A DNA stretch of 64,000 nucleotides from Octopus vulgaris (lineage: Eukaryota), in contig OX597827.1 in NCBI GenBank assembly GCA_951406725.2, forward strand, positions 29,822,001 to 29,886,000. Reading direction: 5' to 3'. The position numbers and the translations under genes were made by a program. Each line of letters starts with the position of its first letter. The stretch's first letter is position 1. Below the pieces are notes generated by a model that saw only the letters and a list, made by a program, of their open reading frames with translations, was not told the origin of the DNA and made no database searches. Positions 56,206 to 64,000 of this stretch are shown here, piece after piece.

Positions 56206-57374
56206 ACGTACCACCTGGTCTATGATTTGAAACCACGATTTTTAGTGCAATAGCCAAACCACTAGACCATCCACCGTCACTCACTGCAACACATAAAATA
56301 GATAGCCGCCATGACAGGAAGAAATATTTGCAAATTTCTCGATGAAACATCATGATTCTGTGCCGTATCTTTATGACACCATTTTATTCTTTTCCTCTCT
56401 TATCTTCAAAATCGTGAAACAGATAAAGAAAGAAGCGTCTATCATTAGTGAACAATCAGTAAGCGAATTAGTAACGCAATTTAAGAATTTTTAACTCATG
56501 ACGTGTTTGACTGTCTTCGTCAAGTTTCTAGTTTGTGTTACAGCTAAAATTCACGTAAAAGAATTCCACATTCGTCACTTTTGGTGTTATTTAATCACAG
56601 GTCAGCTCTGCTTAATTAGATCCGTGATCAAAAATGTTCCAGCTTTGCTCATCTCACTCTCTTTTTTACTTTTGAAGGCATAGAATATCTAGGACAATAA
56701 TAGTGAACTTATATAACATACGTGTTAACAGTGACACAGCGCAGATTTTTAGATGACGCATAACTCGAAAAGAAAAAAAACCTTCCTGCAATTTTGTGTT
56801 ATAAAAAGCTTATCTAAAACGCATTTGTATATGTAAATGACATCGACAAGTCTAAATTCATGTGTCCCACGTAAATGACACAATCAAATAACATGACAGT
56901 TAGAGACTCTTCAATTTTCCACACCTTAGAGGCTCTCCTTTACACATTTTGGATTACATTATCAAACACTCCCATTTTAAGATAGTGGGATTAGAATTTA
57001 CAGAAATTTGTTTCCTAGACCTGTCTCTCTTTGCCTCAAGTATAACAGCGATTGTAAATTATACAGTATTATATAAGTCATAAACTGTAGACCACCTAAC
57101 TTCGCAACAATGAGTTACAACCACGGTTAGAATCGCTTATCACACACTAAAATTAAACAAAACTTATACAATGATTTTCAGTTCATTTTTAACCAATCGC
57201 CATCAAATCATTTATCACATTGACTACCTCCGTTTCATAAAAATACTAAATTCAAGCTCGTCTGGTCCTCTCCATTTCATTTAATAATAAGAGAATGAGT
57301 AATTGGTTTGATGAAGAACTTTAAGACTAACTGCAAAATCAATCTAGTTATTTCATTTTTCTTTTTTTTTTCTA

Positions 57375-58030
57375 TTTTACTTGTTTCAGTCATTCGACTG
57401 CGGCCCTGCTGGAGCAACGCCTTTTAATCGAACAAATCGACATCAGGACTTATTCTTTGTAAGCTTAGTACTTATTCTATCGGACACTTTCCCCCGAACC
57501 GCTATGTTACGAGGACGTAAACACATCAACATCAGTTGCTAAGGGATGTTGGAGCGACAAACACAGACACACAAATACATACATACATATATATGCGAAG
57601 GCGCGTGGCTTAGTGTTTAGGGCATTCGGCTCACGGTTGTGAGCTCAATTCCCGGCGACGCGTTGTGTCCTTGAGCTGGACACTTTATTTCATGAGTCCA
57701 TTCAGCTAGCAAAAATGAGTAGTACCTGCATTTCAAAGGGCCAGCCTTGTCACACCATGTGTCACACTCAATCTCCTTGAGAACTACGTTAAGGGTACAC
57801 GTGTCTGTGGAGTGCTCAGCCACTTTCACGTTAATTTCACGAGCAAGGTGTTCCGTTGATCGTATCAGCTGGGGCCCTTTCAGTTTTCCTCTACCAAATG
57901 TACTGACAAGAGTTTGGATGGCCCGATGCTATAGTAGAAGACACTTGCCCAAGATATCACGGAGTGGGACTGAACCCGGAAACTATGTGGTTGGGAAGCA
58001 AACTTCTTACCACATAGTCACGCCTGCACC
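57375..58030 (-). mobile_element. SINE family A interrupted by a + strand family C SINE (57597-57875)
   Basis: Family A tail at 57375-57595 and head at 57878-58030 flank the inserted family C copy. Confidence 0.75.
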
Positions 58031-58898
58031 TATTTACTTACGTAAGTGAGGTGGTTTGAAAAAATACTGCAAAACCGGTATTTGTTCCGGTTCTGTATGT
58101 TCTGAATTCAATTCCTACCGAGATCAACATCGTCAATGATTATTTCAAAATCGATAAAATAAATCATCAGCCACGTATACCTGGGTTGATATAATCCTTT
58201 ATGACTGTTCACTTTCCCAAAGCTTGAGATGCTATGCCTGTGTAAGAAGTAGCGGATTTATGTGGGTTTAGACATAACGAAAAATGACGAGATGGTCAGC
58301 AGTGTAGTTCTTTTATCATAGGTCTCCTTGATCAGGGCTGACCTGTAATTAAGGATCAACAATGAACAGGTTGAATAAATCAATTGTAAATACACTATAG
58401 TGGAGGCACATGACCTAGTGGTTAGAGTAGCGGACTCGCAATCGAGAGATCGCGAGTTCGAATCTTGGGCGATGTGTGTACTTATGAGCGAAAAGGTAAT
58501 GGTGAACTTCTGACACTTTCGCCACAACTTTCTCTCATTCTTTCCGCCTGCTCACCTGCAACAGACCAGCGTCCCGTCCAGATGGGGAAACTATATGCCA
58601 ATGAAACTGGGAAAACCAGGCATGGCTCGAAAAGGAACAAACAACAACGAACAACAAATACACTACACCTCAAAAAGATGAGACGATCATTGCTTGGAAT
58701 GTTTCGTCGATCATGACTGAACAACTGTACAACAAAAACAAAGGAGATGGGTATTTAAAGGAACACCGGAAGAGCTACTGCCCAGATGTTCTCTACGAGA
58801 ACTCCCAACCACTGGACCGTAGAATGGTTGAAATGCTGGCAGCCAAACCGAAGAGATCCTATATGATTTAATTATTGAAAACACACATACGCACAGGC

Positions 58899-58947
<49 letters not shown>

Positions 58948-58968
58948 TAGATATATATATATATATAT

Positions 58969-60973
58969 CAGTGGCGTGCGGTGACTTCCGGGGCTGGACA
59001 TGCAATGAATTTCTTTGCCCCCCCCCCCCCCCCCGGGCAATTTTTCAGGAAAAAAATTTTAGAATTCCTACGATTTACATATGGGAGATTCTGAATATGC
59101 AATCAACCCCGTATCACCTAGAATAAAAAAAAAAACGTCGCCCTGGTACTATTTAAGAAGAGTGGTCCCGTTGCGCGCGCTCGCGCATCCGCACTGGCTA
59201 GTCGTGACTAGTCAATCCTACGACTATCTAGCAAAGTAAATAAATTTTTTAAACAAAATATATAAAACACAAAAACACAAAGTAAATAATGTTTTAAACA
59301 AAGTAAATAAAACACAAAGTAAGGATCGACTAGTCACGACTAGCTGGCGTGGATGCTCGGGTGCGCGCACCGGGACCACTCTTCTTAAATAGTACCCATG
59401 ATTTTTAAATTGTTTGCAATACTCATCAAATTTGTTGAAATTCGAAAGTTCCATGAATTTAAACTCTTCTAAGGATGAATATCGTGCTTTTATTTGGTCA
59501 ACTATTGTACTGATAATTTTGTCATAAAGCATTTTATAATGTCGTTGGGGCTCAATAGATATATTCTTAGATCTCTGAATTCCGATTCCTGCATCGACTC
59601 CATATTTTTCCCCCGGGTTCAGTTCCACTGCGTGGCACCTTGGGCAAGGGTCTTCTACTATAGTCTCAGGCCGACCAAAGCCTTGTGAGTGGATTTGGTA
59701 GACGGAAACTGAAAGAAGCCCGTGGTATATATGCGTATGTGTGTTTGTGCGTCTGTGTTTGTCCCCCTAGCATTGCTTGGCAACCGATGCTGGTGTGTTT
59801 ATGTCCCCGTTACTTAGCGGTTCGGCAAAATAGACCGATAGAATAAGTCCCGGGGTCGAGTTGCTCGATTAAAGGCGGTGCTCGAGCATGGCCGTAGTCA
59901 AATGACTGAAACAAGTAAAAGAGATTGAAAAATTATCAAGTTTGTTTTCGAGTACACTTCTAGTTTTATCTATTTGATCTTTACAATACACTATGTCATG
60001 ACTTTTACTCTGGAGGATGTTAAATATGAAAAAAAGAAAAATCTCACTGAATACTTCTAACAAAAATAAGAAATCAGGAGCTTTTAAAGTTTGTAAGAAT
60101 CCAATTGCTGAATTTATGATGGTATCATCCCATGCTTCAGGATTTTCAATGATGTGCTCAAAAAGGCTGATTATGAAATGATAATTTTCCTTTGTGGTAA
60201 TAATAAGCCGTGAGGCTGTTGCCTTCGGAAATCTTTTTTTTAACAATGTTATCTAATGCATTAGCCCTTTTCGGTGTTGGTCTCCCACCGATATAATTAA
60301 TTATTTTCCATCGAATTCTCCTTTCGAAAAACTATTTCTCAAAATATCGTTTATTACACACATTTCACTCATTTCGTAAAAGGCTGTTCTTATATACGAA
60401 CACACGTGGAAGCGCCGGCGTAAATTGTAAGTCAATTTCAACAAAACAGAAAGATACAGAAAGTGGGTATCATGCGGTCAGCTCATAGCATGACATGCCA
60501 CTGAGAGAAAGGGGAAGGGGGTACAAAATATTATGAACGACCTTTCCTCCTAGCATCTGTTTTATCAATTCACTAAGAGAGAGAGAGGAAGGAGGGACAA
60601 ACTAAGAGACAGAGAGGGAGGTCATGCGGGTCTTCCCACAGCATAGCCACTAAGAGAAAGAGGAAGGGGGTAAAAATATTTCAAATGCCCTATCCCCTTA
60701 GCATGTCTTTTAAACAAGTCGCTAAGAGTGAGAGAGAGAGGAAGGAAGGACAAACTGAGACAGAGAGGGAGTGTCTAACATGCTGGTCTTGTCAATGCAT
60801 GACTTCTAAAAGCAGAAGTAGAGTCACTGAGAGAGAAGAAGGGGAGAAAAATACAACTGGACGGATTTTCTTTGAAACAAAGTAACTATTTTATCTAATT
60901 TTCCGATCATATGGATAAAAAAAATCACAGGGCATGCAACGCATACCTTGCATACCTGAGAGTGCACGCCCCT

Positions 60974-60974
<1 letters not shown>
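58969..60974 (-). mobile_element. Internally deleted hAT DNA transposon (Tip100/ZMYM1-like transposase remnants) in (TA)n
   Basis: TIRs CAGTGGCGTGC / GCACGCCCCTG. Remnants AIGFLQTLKAPDFLFLLEVFSEIF...ILQSKSHDI and YDKIISTIVDQIKARY. A family A SINE is inserted at about 59612-59922, and sub-terminal ~150-bp repeats lie at 60485-60850. Confidence 0.78.
59145..59396. mobile_element. MITE with ~75-bp TIRs nested in the hAT element
   Basis: ggtactatttaagaagagtggtcccg... / ...cgggaccactcttcttaaatagtacc with an A-rich core. Confidence 0.8.
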
Positions 60975-61024
<50 letters not shown>

Positions 61025-61764
61025 CTGAATAACAGTAGAGTTACAGGTGTCAATCCATTACGACCGTTTCTAACGGCTCCTTTATTTGATTAATAAAAGC
61101 ATTACATCATTGTAAAGAAACCGTTTTCCTCAGATGAATTCATGAACTTCAAAACAAAGATCAAATACATACACATATTCATTTATTCATTTATAAAATA
61201 TATGAAAGGACATTCAAAATGATTTAACATAGTTTAAAATCCACGGAGCCAAAACATTTACAGTGATTCAGCTATTATTTCAGTTGACAGAATGGATTTA
61301 CCAGAAAAGTGTATAACAGAGAAATTTAGAGGTAAGTAGAGTTTTTAGAAAGGGGAAGGAATAATTGACCCCAGTGACCCACTTGTCTTTACTTCTAACA
61401 AGAGAGGGGTGTGCGGCTCCATTAGGTTTATTTATTAAGGAGTTGCTTGATGTGTACTGGCCAGTGGTAAGAAACTTATTTGTGGTCACGCCAACCTACT
61501 AAATTATCAAGGTAGTTTGTGATGGAACCAATATACAAGGTTTATCTCCACAAATCGACAAGGCGGAGAGCAGTAACAAAGAAGTGAGGGATACGGGGGG
61601 AGGATAGGAGAAAGAAAGAAAGAAAGAAAGAAAGGAAGGAAGGAAGCTGACCAACTGTTACTAATTACCATAATACAAGAGGAAGACTGAAGGATAATGG
61701 AATAAGGGTTATGGGGGCAAAGATCTAAACTATGACTAGGAATCGAACCTACTGCAATAATCAA

Positions 61765-61881
61765 CACGTGCTTCCTCGCACACTTTTCAAAGACTGTTAC
61801 TATGGCAACAGGCAAACGTGTTCTCATGTTCCGCTCGTTACTATCGAAACAGACATGAATGTTTCTGTGGCTTACGATTGG
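61765..61881. promoter_or_regulatory. Candidate RFX X-box pair with E-box and CCAAT box
   Basis: GTTACTATGGCAAC at 61796-61809, GTTACTATCGAAAC at 61837-61850, CACGTG at 61765-61770 and ATTGG at 61877-61881. Confidence 0.35.
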
Positions 61882-62334
61882 CTAATTTTCAAACTTTAAT
61901 TGCTAACAACTTTTTATTGATTGATTTATAACGAAATTACTTTCACGTCATTAATTAGTCTATAAAAGTGTATCATTACACTGAATATGAAATCAGCCAA
62001 ACAGAAAAGAACCATTATATATCATGCATTTTATTGTGTTTTGTTATACGTGTAATCTCCCGGTCTACGGGAAAAGTTATTTTCGAGATTGTTTTTCTAT
62101 ACGGTGCATTAGACTGGTGTATATACCAGTTTCTGTTAAGTTCAATTTCCAGCAAAGGACTGCTTTATTTTACATCTTGTTGAGGCTTACAAACACAATA
62201 TTATTCAAGTGCGTTTCGCTGGTGGAGTCATTAGAGGCTTGACTAAGATTTCTTGTGGCGCCTTCAGCTCTTTACATTCTGTGTTCAAATTCTGCCATGG
62301 CCTGCTTGAGTGGTAGACTTAATCCATGACCTGA

Positions 62335-63265
62335 TGTAGAAACTGTCCAACATTGGAGTCCGTGGAAAGCTGCTGCAGTGGATAAAGTGTTTCCTAACAA
62401 CATTGTGCTTAAATAGAATTAGTCATTAAAGATATCATTTCATACAATACAATAGACCGAACATGCCTTCTGTCGGATCTGTTTGCTGTTGTCCAGCAGA
62501 CGGAAAAAGAACAATACGCTTCTAAATAAAGATAAGTTTAATTTGATCCACTTTGGAAAAGCGGATACTCTGAAACTATTATATGACCTTCCCTCGGGCG
62601 ACTCTCTAGTGTTATCCAACAGCATCAAAGACCCTGAAGTAATTGTTGATAACAATCTAAGCTGGAGTTCCCACGTAAACAGCAAGGTTAACTTGCTCCT
62701 GGATTCTGAGAACTTTCCGGTCTAGAGATGCCCACACCATCATCCTTCTCAACTCTACTTTTGCCCGACCCCACCTTGAATATTGTTTCCTACTGTGGTC
62801 TCCCCTGCACGAAGCAACTCATTTTGAAAGTAGAATCAATCCAGAGGTCAATAACAAGAAAGATAGACGGCATGACAGGCATTAACTATTGGGGTCGACT
62901 AAAAAAAACTCAATCTCTATTCTCGCCAACGCCGCCGGGAGCGTTGTATGATGTGGAAAATATTTCATCAATATTGCACAAATGTTGTTAGCATCAATTT
63001 TAAAATCCACCCAAGACTTGGCCCCCGTGCTATCCGCCCACTACAAAATTTGAACTCAGGACACAAAACAACATTACACCACAACTACTTTACCTTAACT
63101 GGTCCAGCTCTCCTTAATACCATTCCTAAATACGTCAAAACGGAAACGGATCACACGAATTTCAAAAGTTCACTGTAAAAATACCGGACCAACCTCCTAC
63201 ACCCGGATATGTCTCCAACAATAATAACTCTTTGCTAGAGTGGGCCATGGTGCCCCATATGTGAC
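62335..63265 (+). mobile_element. Old, degenerate CR1/L2-group LINE 3' fragment
   Basis: KLSNIGVRGKLLQWIKCFL, NKDKFNLIHFG...KDPEVIVDNNLSWSSHV, ESIQRSITRKIDGM..NYWGRLK, GPALLNTIP. Confidence 0.8.
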
Positions 63266-63349
63266 TAAAAAACTTCACCAGGTGATGATGTTAAGTTAGA
63301 CATTGCTTGAGCCTATACTGGTCGAAACCTATCAAAGTTATCAAAGTTA

Positions 63350-63570
63350 TGCGTATGTCTAGACATGCAACTATATGCATGAGAATAGATAAATAAAACA
63401 AAACATACAAATCTTCGCATGAAGACACCAGATCCTGCATACATAGACAAATACATGCAAAGATACTCTGTTGATGTGGAAATTCCAATAAAGAAGCCTT
63501 GGATCTAGGGTAGAAACCGGTTCTTTCTCTATTGGCAAGAAATATTGAAATAAACTGAATAATGGCATGC
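63350..63570 (+). mobile_element. 3' UTR fragment of the R4/Dong-like family, followed by (CATA)n
   Basis: Similar to the reverse complement of 472-710. (CATA)n follows at 63577-63667. Confidence 0.75.
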
Positions 63571-63893
63571 ATGCAGACATACATACATACATACATACAT
63601 ACATACATACATACATACATACATACATACATACATACATACATACACGCATGCATACATACATACTTACTTACGGTGGGGTACCTTCAAACTCGAGCAG
63701 TTTTTCTCTCAAGATTTCTCAGTCCGAAGTTATGGTTAGTGGACGCCTTCTCAGGGTACTGTACAACGCGATCGAACTAAGAACATTGTGTTTTGGAAGC
63801 AAACTTAACTCCGCAGACACGCCTGCACTTAAATAGAATTAGTCATTAAAAATATCATGTCATACAATACAATAGACATTTCAAGTATGTGTA

Positions 63894-63932
<39 letters not shown>

Positions 63933-64000
63933 GTGCTCTTTTATTAGTGCAGAGAATGAGGTATTGTTGGTCTGTTTCGCTAAACCCCATTCATCTATTG

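Overview
This is AT-rich animal genomic DNA, very probably octopus; that assignment is inferred from the style of the tRNA-derived SINEs and the extreme (TA)n/(CATA)n/(CA)n load. I found no convincing host protein-coding gene, and almost all listed ORFs are microsatellite or antisense artefacts. The window is a dense collection of transposons and their remnants: an R4/Dong-type RLE non-LTR fragment in (CATA)n, two Tc1/mariner-superfamily remnants, four CR1/L2-group LINE pieces plus a short LINE 3' tail (one near full length, with a Myb/SANT + CCCH ORF1), a hAT remnant with a nested MITE, a Helentron-like non-autonomous element and many SINEs. The most notable part is a nest of about 26 kb (15.8-41.6 kb) inside degenerate (TA)n arrays. 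It holds several unrelated Penelope-like (PLE) or retrozyme-type modules carrying type I hammerhead ribozymes (HHRs): a non-coding 564-bp x3 tandem array with an inverted partial copy, a 317-bp palindrome with two textbook HHRs, a 2.6-kb palindrome of a GIY-YIG PLE 3' end, and a PLE whose 3' UTR carries a ~3-kb CA-rich satellite that recurs at 52.7-55.3 kb. All calls come from manual reading; no database searches or folding programs were run.
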